Assembly (NCBI GenBank): GCA_045654705.1 | Contig: JAZONY010000001.1 | Location: 2,156 to 66,155 of the forward strand | Source of the DNA: Victivallaceae bacterium | GTDB lineage: Bacteria > Verrucomicrobiota > Lentisphaeria > Victivallales > Victivallaceae | DNA: 64,000 nt | Direction of reading: 5' to 3' | Shown here: positions 27,843 to 37,031 of the stretch, piece by piece | Numbering within the stretch: the stretch's first letter is position 1 | Layout: the number at the start of each line of letters is the position of its first letter | Translations under genes and position numbers: made by a program | Notes under the pieces: generated by a model | Seen by the model: only the letters and a program-made list of their open reading frames with translations | Database searches by the model: none | What the model was told of the DNA's origin: nothing

Positions 27843-29060
27843 TTACTTTTTCAGGAACAGTTCAACAACAGGCACAGGCAGCTCGGGTGAAGTCACCGGC
27901 AGCGCCAGGCGCAGAGTTCCTTCGGGAGGATTGCGGGGTCCGTTGATGTTACCGGGCATGTGTTCGGTAAATCCGATCTCACCGCCGTCGCAGAGGAGCT
28001 GGGCGTATTCCACCTTGTTCCCCAGACCGGGCAGATCGATGCGGCGGTCAGGCCAGGAAAGGATGTGCAGATAGAGGGTGTTGCGCTCTTTGTTATAGGT
28101 GTAGCGGCAGCCTTCGGGTTCGGGGAACTCCGCCGGAGCGCCGGTGCAGTTATAGATGGCTTTGGAGTTCCACTTCATCCACTCGCCCAGCCCTTCCAGA
28201 AGTTCCACCGTGTGTTTATCCAGCAGACCTCTTGAGGTGGGTCCCACGTTCAGGAGCAGATTGCCCCCCCGGGAAGTGTGGCGGACCAGCATCTGGATCA
28301 ATTCAGGGACCGTCTTCCACTTCTGGTCACGGATATAGCACCATTCCCCGTGAAGCACCTGGCATCCCTCCCAGTGGGCGGGAGTGCCGTCTTCGTTGAA
28401 CATGCCCTGCTGGGGAATGTTTTGCTCGGGGGTCTTGAAATCATCATATCCGGGCAGACGGCTGATGAGGATCCCCGGCTGCAGTTCCTGCGCCATGGCA
28501 CGGATGGCAGGCATATCCCAGATGTGGGCGGTGTCGGGATAGGAGCCGTCAAACCAGACGATATCGATCTTGCCGTAGTTGGTGAGAAGCTCACGGATCT
28601 GATTGTGCAGATATTCACGGTAGGGCATAAAATCGCACTCCGTCGGAATATCACGCTGGGGATGACGGGCATCGTGGGGATAGTTGGGATGATGCCAGTC
28701 GGGCAGAGAATAATAGACGCCCACACGCAGTCCCTCTGCCCGGAACGCGTCGATGACGCCCCGGAGCAGATCCCGTTTCTTGTATTTGTAGTCGGTATAC
28801 TGACTGTCAAAGAGGCAGTAGCCGTCATGGTGTTTTGAAGTCAGCACAAAGTACTTCATGCCCGCCGCCTTGGCAGCCTTTGCCCATTGGGCGGGGTCGA
28901 AAAGGTCGGGATCAAAGTGATCGGTGTATTTATTGTACTGTTCGGTGGTCATTTTCTCGTGACTTTTGAGCCACGTATAGCGGGCACCGCAGGAATAAGG
29001 TCCCCAGTGGATGAACATACCGAACCGGGCTTCATCGAACCAGGCAAATTTGTTTTCCAT
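27843..29060 (-). CDS. Alpha-L-fucosidase (GH29)
   Basis: Contains the GH29 signature ARFGMFIHWGPYS, then KHHDGYCLFDS and DIVWFDG. AAGGAG RBS is present. Confidence 0.85.
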   Translation of the reverse strand: MENKFAWFDEARFGMFIHWGPYSCGARYTWLKSHEKMTTEQYNKYTDHFDPDLFDPAQWAKAAKAAGMKYFVLTSKHHDGYCLFDSQYTDYKYKKRDLLRGVIDAFRAEGLRVGVYYSLPDWHHPNYPHDARHPQRDIPTECDFMPYREYLHNQIRELLTNYGKIDIVWFDGSYPDTAHIWDMPAIRAMAQELQPGILISRLPGYDDFKTPEQNIPQQGMFNEDGTPAHWEGCQVLHGEWCYIRDQKWKTVPELIQMLVRHTSRGGNLLLNVGPTSRGLLDKHTVELLEGLGEWMKWNSKAIYNCTGAPAEFPEPEGCRYTYNKERNTLYLHILSWPDRRIDLPGLGNKVEYAQLLCDGGEIGFTEHMPGNINGPRNPPEGTLRLALPVTSPELPVPVVELFLKK

Positions 29061-29103
29061 GAAAAAATCTCCTTTATTTTACAGGAAACAGATGTTGTCA
29101 GTT

Positions 29104-29132
29104 ACTATACATCCGGGAACTTCCTTTGTCAA
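29104..29132 (-). promoter_or_regulatory. Promoter of the GH29 fucosidase gene
   Basis: On the minus strand, TTGACA-N17-TATAGT. Confidence 0.65.
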
Positions 29133-29152
29133 TCCCCCAAAAGAAAAGAAGA

Positions 29153-29192
29153 GCAAAAAAAACCGCTGCAACTCCTTTCAGAGCTGCAGCGG
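29153..29192 (-). terminator. Intrinsic terminator after rubrerythrin
   Basis: On the minus strand, stem CCGCTGCA pairs with TGCAGCGG, followed by T8. Confidence 0.8.
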
Positions 29193-29222
29193 CTTGAAAT
29201 CGGTTTTTACCGGGATTTCAAC

Positions 29223-29771
29223 TTATTTGCCGAAGAAGCGTTTCAGCAGACCGGTGAAACCGGCGCCGTGGCGGGCTTCATCCTTGGCCATTTCAAAGAC
29301 GGTGTCAGCGATATCGTTGTAGCCCAGGTCTCTTGCGCGTTTTGCCAGTTCCAGCTTACCGCAGCAGGCGCCGCCCTCGGCTTCGGAACGCAGTTCCAGA
29401 TTGCGTTTGGTGCAGGGGGTGACGACTTCGCCCAGCAGTTCGGCGAACTTGGAGGCGTGTTCAGCCTCTCCAAAGGCGTAACGCTTGAAAGCCTCGGCGA
29501 TTTCAGGATAGCCCTGACGGTCAGCCTGACGGCTCATGGCAAGGTACATACCCACTTCGCAGCACTCGCCGGTAAAGTTGGCGCGGAGACCTTCCACAAC
29601 ATCGGGAGCGATTCCGTCGATGGAAGCGATCTTGTGTTCGATCGCCCACTTGGTCTCACCGGTCGCCTGTTCGGCGAACTTGGCGGCGGGAGCCTTGCAC
29701 TGGGGGCAGTTGGCAGGAGCTTCAGTACCTTCGTGAACATAACCGCAAACACTGCAAACGAATTTAGCCAT
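29223..29771 (-). CDS. rbr: Rubrerythrin, reverse domain order (N-terminal rubredoxin, C-terminal ferritin-like diiron domain)
   Basis: The N-terminus [10 protein letters not shown]...CPQCKAP is a rubredoxin Cys4 centre. It is followed by E...E..H four-helix-bundle motifs ([29 protein letters not shown]). Confidence 0.85.
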   Translation of the reverse strand: MAKFVCSVCGYVHEGTEAPANCPQCKAPAAKFAEQATGETKWAIEHKIASIDGIAPDVVEGLRANFTGECCEVGMYLAMSRQADRQGYPEIAEAFKRYAFGEAEHASKFAELLGEVVTPCTKRNLELRSEAEGGACCGKLELAKRARDLGYNDIADTVFEMAKDEARHGAGFTGLLKRFFGK

Positions 29772-29821
29772 TTTTCAGATCCTTTCTTTTAGGAGTTTGC
29801 TTTATCTTTGTTTTTACATGT

Positions 29822-29836
29822 TTGTATTGACTACAA
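29822..29836. promoter_or_regulatory. Inverted repeat TTGTA-N5-TACAA in the rubrerythrin promoter region (candidate operator)
   Basis: On the minus strand it lies just downstream of a TTGAAT-N16-TATTTT promoter-like element. Confidence 0.3.
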
Positions 29837-29920
29837 TTATAAAATAACTCCAATTTTAGAATATTCAAGTGCTTTTTTAAAAAAATTTGAAAAAAAATTG
29901 ATTTTTTCTTAAAATGAGGG

Positions 29921-29950
29921 TAAAAAAAGACTCCGGAACTTTCCGGAGCC
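29921..29950 (-). terminator. Intrinsic terminator after the beta-lactamase-family gene
   Basis: On the minus strand the sequence is GGCTCCGGAAAGTTCCGGAGTC followed by T7. Confidence 0.8.
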
Positions 29951-29965
29951 TTTGAAAAAGAGCGT

Positions 29966-31180
29966 TTACTTGAGTCTGCCGGTGTAGGCACCGGTTCCGC
30001 CGTCGTCGAATTTGGCGGCGAAAAATTTATCAGCCGCTTTGCGCCAGGCGGCATCCCAGGGACGGGGGGAGCCGTTGAGCTGGACCACCCAGAGCTGCAG
30101 CTGTTTTTTCTTCCAGTTCACGGTGCAGCGTGTTCCCCATGCGCCGCCGTGTCCCATGGTACCGGCTTTGAAATTGGCGGAAAGTCCCATGGAGTAGCCC
30201 CCCATTTTACCGGGACGGGTCGATGCGGCGAGATATTTTTTCACCGTTTCCTCTTTCAGGATCCGGACTCCGTTGTCGCCCATACCCAGATTCATGAGCA
30301 TACGGTAGAACTTCAACTGGTCGGCAGCGGTGGTCCAGAGTCCGGCACCGGCGGAGGGATGAACATCGGCGCCGTTATGGGGCAGAGGCATCCAGCGGTT
30401 GAACGCCAGAAATTTGGGTTTGCCCTTCTTGCTGACGGCGTGCAGCACGATGGCGCGGCTCAGCTGTTCTTCAGAGGGGGTAAAGGTGGTGTCTTCCATG
30501 CCCAGGGGATCGAGGACACGCTCTTTGAGGAACACTTCCCATTTTTTCCCTGTGCCCACCTCGACGATGGCGGGGCCGATGTCGATACCGGTGTTGGAGT
30601 AAAGGGCACGGGTACCGGGTTCAAAGCGCAGGGGCTGGGCGGCAGCTTCTCTGGCGGTCTCACGCAAACTGAGACGGTTCCACCCCTTTTTGCTCTTGGT
30701 GGGGATCTCAAAGGGGAATCCGCCGGTGTGGTTCATGACCATGCGGAGCGTCAGGACATTTTTTGCAGGAACAACGGTGACTTTTTTATCCTTGCCCGTA
30801 ACGGCAACTTTCAGATTTTTGAATTCAGGCAGGTACTTGGAAACGGGGTCATCCAGCTTCACCCTCCCCTCTTCAAGCAAAATGGCGACGGTAACTCCGC
30901 AGAAGCCCTTGGTCTGGGAACACTGCATAAAGGTACTTTTCAAAGTGACATGCTGCTTTCTGGCGGCATCGGCAAAGCCAACGCAGGCTGTTTCCTGCAC
31001 ATCCCCTTTGCTCAGGATGCTGACAGCACCGGGGAGCGCGCCGGAGTCCGCAAAGGGTTTCAGTGCCTGAGAAACAAAGGTGGTCTTGCTTTCCCGGCAG
31101 ACGGTGACATTTTTGGGAGCGGCACAGCCGGTTCCGACAAGTGCGGCACCCAGAAACAATGCAATGGTTTTGAGTTTCAT
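29966..31180 (-). CDS. Serine hydrolase, beta-lactamase/transpeptidase-like family
   Basis: It has a signal peptide and the S-x-x-K motif (CSQTKGF). The 404-aa length fits class C-related esterases. The start ATG forms an ATGA overlap with the upstream gene's stop codon. Confidence 0.7.
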   Translation of the reverse strand: MKLKTIALFLGAALVGTGCAAPKNVTVCRESKTTFVSQALKPFADSGALPGAVSILSKGDVQETACVGFADAARKQHVTLKSTFMQCSQTKGFCGVTVAILLEEGRVKLDDPVSKYLPEFKNLKVAVTGKDKKVTVVPAKNVLTLRMVMNHTGGFPFEIPTKSKKGWNRLSLRETAREAAAQPLRFEPGTRALYSNTGIDIGPAIVEVGTGKKWEVFLKERVLDPLGMEDTTFTPSEEQLSRAIVLHAVSKKGKPKFLAFNRWMPLPHNGADVHPSAGAGLWTTAADQLKFYRMLMNLGMGDNGVRILKEETVKKYLAASTRPGKMGGYSMGLSANFKAGTMGHGGAWGTRCTVNWKKKQLQLWVVQLNGSPRPWDAAWRKAADKFFAAKFDDGGTGAYTGRLK

Positions 31181-33294
31181 TTTTGTTTTTCCTTATAGTT
31201 GATTTGAAATCCTTCCACAGAAGAATCATTTCCTTTAACGGTCAGAGTGGCGATATTGCCTCTGATTTTCAATCGGGGCTGTTTTTCAGGAGTGCAGTTG
31301 TCAGGGACAAAGAAGGTCAACTGCATCTCTTCGTCGCCCACGGTCTGAACTTTGCCCGAAACCACGCCCTTTTCACGGTCACAGCTGTACTCTTTGAGTT
31401 CCGCCACCCCCTGAAGCAGATGACGTGAACTGCCCATGAGGAAAGGCACATCCTGAACCTGAGTCAACCGGAACACGGCACAGCCGCCGGGGGGGAGTTC
31501 GCAAACCAGACGGTCTGAAACGATCCCTTTGAAGGATTGTTCCCAGAACTCGAAAGCGGCGTAGTTACCTTGAGGAAGCATTGAAAGATCAAAGCTGCAG
31601 TTCTGTTTTTCCTCAGTCATATTGAAAACACCTGCCACGAACCACGTTCCACCGGGAGATGCCGCAGAGATCATGACCATTGCCGTATCGCCCCTGAAAT
31701 CCTTGCGGCACATTTCCTGGGGCGTCACAAGAACTGTGGGCATGGCGCATTTGAGGGCATCTATGCGTTTTTTGTCCAGATCGCAGATGGCATCCCCCAG
31801 AGTGAACTGAAGTCCCCCGAGAGCGAAAAGGGATATGCGGGACTTGGCCTGTTCAAAAGTGCTGTACTCCTCGCGCAAAACCAGTGTATCAGGATCAAGA
31901 TAGATAGAGGTGTTATGGAAGGGGAAATAGGAGAAAAGGGGAACAACGGCGTTGCATTTAAAATCTTCCCAGCTGAAAACATCTCCGCCGATGCGGCAGG
32001 CATCAAAGATATCCATCGCCTCCATGGTGGCGCGCTCCATGCCGGTACATCCCAGAAGATAGAAGTTTTCCCCGATGACCTTTCTGCCCGCAGCGACCAC
32101 ACGGTGCATGGCTTCGTTGGTACTCATGTCAGGGTGACGGCGTTTCTTTCTGAACTGGTCATTGACACGCATGGTGTTGAGCAGACAATCCCATTTGATC
32201 GCCTCAAAGCCCCAGTCAAGGAGATTTCTGAAAACGGCGGGAATATATTCACGCTGCACCCCTTCGTGGCTCAGGTCAGCCCAATATCTGCCGGGCCAGT
32301 TCAGCACATCGGCAAGGCAGTAATCGGGATGTTTCTGAAAATATTCATTCATATTGCCTTCGCAGGTCGCCCCGGTCCAGACGGCGGGGATAAGTCCCAT
32401 TTTTCTGATACCGTCAGCAACATATTTCATGCCGTGGGGATAGGCTTCCTGCCGGGGGTGGAAAGCATCGACTCCCTTTTCGCTGTGGTAGCGCATGGTT
32501 TTGTGGCACCACTCCCAATCCACCCATATCACCATATCGCCGCAGTATTTCCCGAAATGTTCTTTCATGGCGGCGGCGTTCTCAAGGACGATCTTCTCGT
32601 TGGCGGCGGAACGGACCGCATACCAGGTCATCCACCCCACGGGAGGCGTGGAAAAACCGTGGCGGTATGAGATGCTTTTCCAGTGTTTCAGCTGGAATTT
32701 GTTCTGCGCAAAGTTCTTTTCAAACCGGATCTCAAGGGGGGATTTGGGGGAAAGCTCCGCTTCAAGGCGATATTTTCTCTTTTTCCAGTCAAAAGAAAGT
32801 TCACACTTCCCCCTGACCTGCACGGCGCAGTCGCTCTGCCGGTTGTAAAGCAGATCGGCGTTGAGGGGGACTGCGGGCCCTGCGGCACCGAGAAGTGCGG
32901 ATCCTTGAGAATCGCTTTTCATGGCGAGAAGATCGCCGCTTTTTGCCCTGCCCTGCTGCAGAAAACCTCTGAGTTTGCAGCTGCCCTTTTTAACGGTGAT
33001 CTTCACATGGGAGTCATAGATGACGCACTCGGCGGTCATGGATTTTTTTCTGTTTCCGGCATCTTTGAAAGTGAATCTGTAAAGCCAGAAAAGATTTTCA
33101 AGTTTCCCCGTGAAAAGGGGGTCGGGGGCGCTTTCCCAGCTATCAAAGAGAAGTTTCTCACCCTCTGCGGAAAAAAAGCTCCCCTCTGAAAGAATGGAAA
33201 CAAGTTTTCCCCTGAGGTCCGCGGCAAGAACATTGAAGATATTCTTTCTGTCGCAGCACTCCAAAGCGAAATTTCTGAATTCAATAAAGTCCAT
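31177..33294 (-). CDS. Hypothetical glycoside-hydrolase-like protein (alpha-galactosidase / clan GH-D-like TIM barrel)
   Basis: PPVGWMTWYA, VIWVDWEWC and AIKWDCL resemble the GWNSW, DDGW and K-x-D motifs. The promoter at 33331-33359 plus an AAAGGA RBS support ATG 33294 rather than 33363. Confidence 0.45.
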   Translation of the reverse strand: MDFIEFRNFALECCDRKNIFNVLAADLRGKLVSILSEGSFFSAEGEKLLFDSWESAPDPLFTGKLENLFWLYRFTFKDAGNRKKSMTAECVIYDSHVKITVKKGSCKLRGFLQQGRAKSGDLLAMKSDSQGSALLGAAGPAVPLNADLLYNRQSDCAVQVRGKCELSFDWKKRKYRLEAELSPKSPLEIRFEKNFAQNKFQLKHWKSISYRHGFSTPPVGWMTWYAVRSAANEKIVLENAAAMKEHFGKYCGDMVIWVDWEWCHKTMRYHSEKGVDAFHPRQEAYPHGMKYVADGIRKMGLIPAVWTGATCEGNMNEYFQKHPDYCLADVLNWPGRYWADLSHEGVQREYIPAVFRNLLDWGFEAIKWDCLLNTMRVNDQFRKKRRHPDMSTNEAMHRVVAAGRKVIGENFYLLGCTGMERATMEAMDIFDACRIGGDVFSWEDFKCNAVVPLFSYFPFHNTSIYLDPDTLVLREEYSTFEQAKSRISLFALGGLQFTLGDAICDLDKKRIDALKCAMPTVLVTPQEMCRKDFRGDTAMVMISAASPGGTWFVAGVFNMTEEKQNCSFDLSMLPQGNYAAFEFWEQSFKGIVSDRLVCELPPGGCAVFRLTQVQDVPFLMGSSRHLLQGVAELKEYSCDREKGVVSGKVQTVGDEEMQLTFFVPDNCTPEKQPRLKIRGNIATLTVKGNDSSVEGFQINYKEKQK

Positions 33295-33330
33295 AGGGCA
33301 TTTCCTTTGTATTTTCAGATATACCGTCAT

Positions 33331-33359
33331 AATATACAGCCTCCGGAGCGGAAAAACAA
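33331..33359 (-). promoter_or_regulatory. Promoter of the 31177-33294 gene
   Basis: On the minus strand, TTGTTT-N17-TATATT. Confidence 0.5.
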
Positions 33360-33381
33360 GCAATTAAAAGGAACATCTTTC

Positions 33382-33410
33382 TTGAAATACGCATTTTGCG
33401 GCGCTATCTT
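33382..33410 (+). promoter_or_regulatory. Promoter of the amidohydrolase gene
   Basis: TTGAAA-N17-TATCTT. Confidence 0.6.
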
Positions 33411-33449
33411 ATAGGTGCGTTAAAACACTTCAAAAAGGGAAATGATATT

Positions 33450-34301
33450 ATGAAATACGAAAACAAATGCCGTCTTGATCTCCATGTCCACTGCGACAGC
33501 GGAGACCCCGCTCTTCTGGAGCAACTTGCCGAAACCTGCCGCTCCCGCAAAACCATCGCCTGTCTTTCAGGAGGCTTGCGTTACGGCGGTCATGACTTTC
33601 TCCCCAACGATGAAGTCATCGCCATCTGCAAAAAGTATCCCGACTGCTTTCTGCCTCTTGCCAAGCTGGACCTCTGGGAAACGGCTGACCCGGCTGAAGT
33701 TTATCACTACGCCGAAAAAGGGGTGAAAGGCTTCAAGTGCATCTATCCCTACTACGAATATGACCACGATATCTACATGCCCGTTTATGAAGCCGCCGCC
33801 AAATGCAATCTGCCGCTGCTCTTTCATACGGGCAATTACCGTCCCAGTCCCGCCGACGAGCTTTACCGCCGTCCCATGCTGAAAAACATGCACCCCATCA
33901 ACCTTGACCGCATTGCCCGGTCGTTCCAGAGTCTCAATCTGGTCATGGCGCACATGGGGACACGGATCTTTCAGGATGAAGCAAGCCAGTATATCAAGAT
34001 GCTTCCCAACCTTTACGCCGATCTGGGGGGCTGCGGTCAGTGGCTCAGGATGCAGCCTGCCGACCTTGCGGAAATGCTCAAGCCCGACACGGTGGAGTGC
34101 GACCCTGCCATGAAAAATTTCCGCAAACTGGTTCTGGGTTCCGATGCTTACGTCACTCATCCCGAAATCGTCAGCAACGGCGGCGACCACTACCTGAGGC
34201 TCCTGAAACGCATCGGAGTCCCCAAAGATGTCATCGACGCCGTTATGGGCAAAACCGTCGCCTCATGGATGGGCGTTGAACTTGAGGATGCAGAATTTTA
34301 A
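33450..34301 (+). CDS. Amidohydrolase-family metal-dependent hydrolase (TIM barrel)
   Basis: Contains LDLHVHC (an H-x-H metal site), FHTG and VMAHMG. The promoter at 33382-33410 precedes ATG 33450. Confidence 0.55.
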   Translation: MKYENKCRLDLHVHCDSGDPALLEQLAETCRSRKTIACLSGGLRYGGHDFLPNDEVIAICKKYPDCFLPLAKLDLWETADPAEVYHYAEKGVKGFKCIYPYYEYDHDIYMPVYEAAAKCNLPLLFHTGNYRPSPADELYRRPMLKNMHPINLDRIARSFQSLNLVMAHMGTRIFQDEASQYIKMLPNLYADLGGCGQWLRMQPADLAEMLKPDTVECDPAMKNFRKLVLGSDAYVTHPEIVSNGGDHYLRLLKRIGVPKDVIDAVMGKTVASWMGVELEDAEF

Positions 34302-34684
34302 AAACTTTCAGTTTGGCTGATGGGGGCTTTGGACCAGTCGATAGGTTTCTTTCTGCCCTCTTCATCCACTGCCACAAAGGTACATTCAGCCTGAAACCTG
34401 ATTTCACTGCCCACCACCACCAGAACTTTGAAGGAAAAACTGGTTTTCCCTTTCCGGGGTTCGACACAGTTGAAAATAAGGAGTTCGCCTGTGTGGATGG
34501 GCTTGTTGAAAGAGGCTTCGGAGATGCGGCGGGTGACGATTTTTTTCTCACCTGTCGCCCAGATGGCGTAAACAGAAGCGGCTTCATCCAGCCAGTACAT
34601 GAGCTGTCCGCCGAAAAGATTGCCGCTGACACCCAGATCAAGGGTTTTACAGATGTGGGTCGTGATTTTCATATTCTTTTTCAA
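34298..34684 (-). CDS. Acyl-CoA thioesterase (hotdog fold, YciA-like)
   Basis: The pattern GNLFGGQLMYWLDEAASVYA...VTRRISEASFNKPIHTGELL is the YciA/Acot pattern. The start overlaps the end of the upstream permease gene. Confidence 0.75.
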   Translation of the reverse strand: MKKNMKITTHICKTLDLGVSGNLFGGQLMYWLDEAASVYAIWATGEKKIVTRRISEASFNKPIHTGELLIFNCVEPRKGKTSFSFKVLVVVGSEIRFQAECTFVAVDEEGRKKPIDWSKAPISQTESF

Positions 34685-36062
34685 ACTCCTCTTTGCCGGG
34701 GGCTTTGTAGTATTTGTAGTGTACGATCATATCGGCAACAAAAACGATGCCGATGAGACATGCTGTCATGGGGGCGATCCAGATGGCGGGATCCAGAGCG
34801 GAGCGTTTGCCCCCCTCAAGGAGTGAGGCGGGGGAAATGATGATCTCTGAAATGCTGATATCGCTGTTGGCAGCTCCGATAAGAGGCAGAACGCCCACCA
34901 CAAAGGCAACGGCAGGCAGTGCCGCCCATCCGGGGAGCGCAGGGATGCGGCGATTGATACCGATGGCAAGTTCGGCGTAAACCACAGCATACCCCGCCAT
35001 GCCGAAAGCAATGGGGAGAACGCTCCTTTTGCCGTCAAGCCCCAGAAGCAAAGTCACCGCCCCCAAAATCAGCAGCATGATCAGCGCCAGCACCATGCCG
35101 CCCCGGCGGTTGCTGGAAAAAAGCGCGTGAAGCAGACGTCCCACCGGGTTGGCAGGAACCTGCGCCAGCACCCTTTCACCGGGTTCGTCACGGTCGCAGG
35201 CAGCAAGATAGGCGAAAGCCCCCACGATCCCTGCGGCGGTGTAGCAGACCAGAACATTGGCGATTTCAGGAAGTTTTTCAGCAAAGGGCAGGAGCAAAAG
35301 CACCGGCAGCAGACAGAGGGCAAGCAGAATACGCAAAGGCAGCATCTTATTGGCGAAAGGCGGTGTCACCATTGCCACCGTCGCCGCAAGGAGCAGGGCA
35401 AAAAGCAATCCCCAGCCCAGCTGGAAACTCCAGAATACCGTTGCCGCGCCCCCATGTTTTTCCAGCAGCGGGATAAGACCGATGAAGGTTCCCGGAGCGA
35501 TCACCTGACATGCGAAGTAGATAAAGAGTCCGAAAACCCATTTTTTCCCGACGGTCCCGCAAAAAAGCGCCCCCTGGATCAGTACAAGTGTGGGCATGAT
35601 ACCCGCTCCGAAAATAAGCAGTATTTCCCCCAGAGTCACATTTCTGAAAAAATAGGCGACCGTCATAAAGGGGAGGCACAAAACAGCGATCAACCCCCAC
35701 ATCACCAGAGAACTTGCAAGTTTCCCGCTGATGATCTGCCAGGGAGTGAGCAAGGTTATGTTGGAAAAATCAAGCTCTTTTGAACTGCGTTCCATGGCAA
35801 ACTGCTGCATGGGGTTCCAGACAGCGGTAACGAGGACACAGAGATACATCAATATGGTGTCGATGACCACAAAGACCGTTCCCGCCTCCCCTGAATCTCG
35901 CCACTGGGAAAAGGTGAGATTGAAAATAAAAAGCATCAGGAGCTGAAGCCCCAGCAGACCCGCAACGAGAGAGAGAAAGATCTTGTTGTGGAAAAACTGC
36001 CGCACCTCTTTGACCAGTACGGGGTTGAGAAAGTCGTCCCAGTATTTCAATTTTCCGTTCAT
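34647..36062 (-). CDS. ABC-2-type transporter permease (multi-TM)
   Basis: The N-terminal NPVLVKEVRQFF motif is followed by about 12 hydrophobic segments. It lies 3 nt downstream of an ABC ATPase gene. Confidence 0.6.
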   Translation of the reverse strand: MNGKLKYWDDFLNPVLVKEVRQFFHNKIFLSLVAGLLGLQLLMLFIFNLTFSQWRDSGEAGTVFVVIDTILMYLCVLVTAVWNPMQQFAMERSSKELDFSNITLLTPWQIISGKLASSLVMWGLIAVLCLPFMTVAYFFRNVTLGEILLIFGAGIMPTLVLIQGALFCGTVGKKWVFGLFIYFACQVIAPGTFIGLIPLLEKHGGAATVFWSFQLGWGLLFALLLAATVAMVTPPFANKMLPLRILLALCLLPVLLLLPFAEKLPEIANVLVCYTAAGIVGAFAYLAACDRDEPGERVLAQVPANPVGRLLHALFSSNRRGGMVLALIMLLILGAVTLLLGLDGKRSVLPIAFGMAGYAVVYAELAIGINRRIPALPGWAALPAVAFVVGVLPLIGAANSDISISEIIISPASLLEGGKRSALDPAIWIAPMTACLIGIVFVADMIVHYKYYKAPGKEEFEKEYENHDPHL

Positions 36063-36065
36063 CTT

Positions 36066-37025
36066 TTATTGTACCTTTCCGTCAGTTACACGCATAAAAA
36101 GTTCTTCCAGACTCATCTTTTCACGGCTGAAACCGGTTATGGGGAAACCGGCGTTGAAAAGCTGCGCCATAAGGGGGGTAAGATTTTTTTCCTCATCGCT
36201 CAAAGCAAAGTGGAGCGTGCCGTCGGCATGTTCAGTCACGTTTGAAACGACGGGCTGTTCAAGGAGTTTCAGTTTCAATTCCTCCAGTTTCTCACGGCAC
36301 TCCATGATGATAACGGTTTTCTTCTCTTCCTCAGTGACGGCGGCTTTTTTCTCCACCTCTTTTGACATGGTGCTGATGCTGCCTGCGGAAAGGAGTTTGC
36401 CCTTTTCGATGATGACGGCACCGTTGCAGATATCCTGAAGTTCAGAGAGGATGTGACTGCTCAGCAGAATGGCTTTATTCTGAGAAGCAAGGATCTTGAG
36501 CAGATTTCTCAGTTCCAGTCTGGCACGGGGATCGAGACCTGCGGCGGGTTCATCCATAATGAGGACCTCGGGGTCGTGGATCAACGCCCTTGCCAGACTC
36601 ACCCGCTGTTTCATACCTTTGGAAAGAGTACACAGGAACTTGTCACGCATGTTCCCAAGTTCCGTGAACTCCTCAACTTCCCCAAGGCGGCGTCTGCGCA
36701 GTTCGCCTTTAAGTCCGAAGCCTCTGGCGCAGAAGTCCAGATACTCCCACACCGCCACATCTTTGTAATCAGGCAGGGAATCGGGCATGTAGCCCACAAG
36801 TTTCCGTGCCTCTTCGGGGTAGAGGATGGCGGAAACGCCGTCGTAAAGCACATCCCCCCCGTTGGGGATGTCAAGGGTCGCCATAATGCGGATCGTGGTG
36901 GTTTTGCCCGCTCCGTTGGGACCGATGAAGCCGTAAATATCTCCGGATTTGAAAGTGAAGCTCACATTGTCAACGGCTTTGACAGCACCGAATTCACGGG
37001 TCAGACCCTGTACTTTGATTTCCAT
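36066..37025 (-). CDS. ABC transporter ATP-binding protein (ABC-2 subfamily)
   Basis: Walker A GPNGAGKTT, signature LSKGMKQR, Walker B LIMDEPAAGLD and an H-loop SSH. It has a C-terminal extension of about 90 aa. Confidence 0.9.
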   Translation of the reverse strand: MEIKVQGLTREFGAVKAVDNVSFTFKSGDIYGFIGPNGAGKTTTIRIMATLDIPNGGDVLYDGVSAILYPEEARKLVGYMPDSLPDYKDVAVWEYLDFCARGFGLKGELRRRRLGEVEEFTELGNMRDKFLCTLSKGMKQRVSLARALIHDPEVLIMDEPAAGLDPRARLELRNLLKILASQNKAILLSSHILSELQDICNGAVIIEKGKLLSAGSISTMSKEVEKKAAVTEEEKKTVIIMECREKLEELKLKLLEQPVVSNVTEHADGTLHFALSDEEKNLTPLMAQLFNAGFPITGFSREKMSLEELFMRVTDGKVQ

Positions 37026-37031
37026 GATCTT

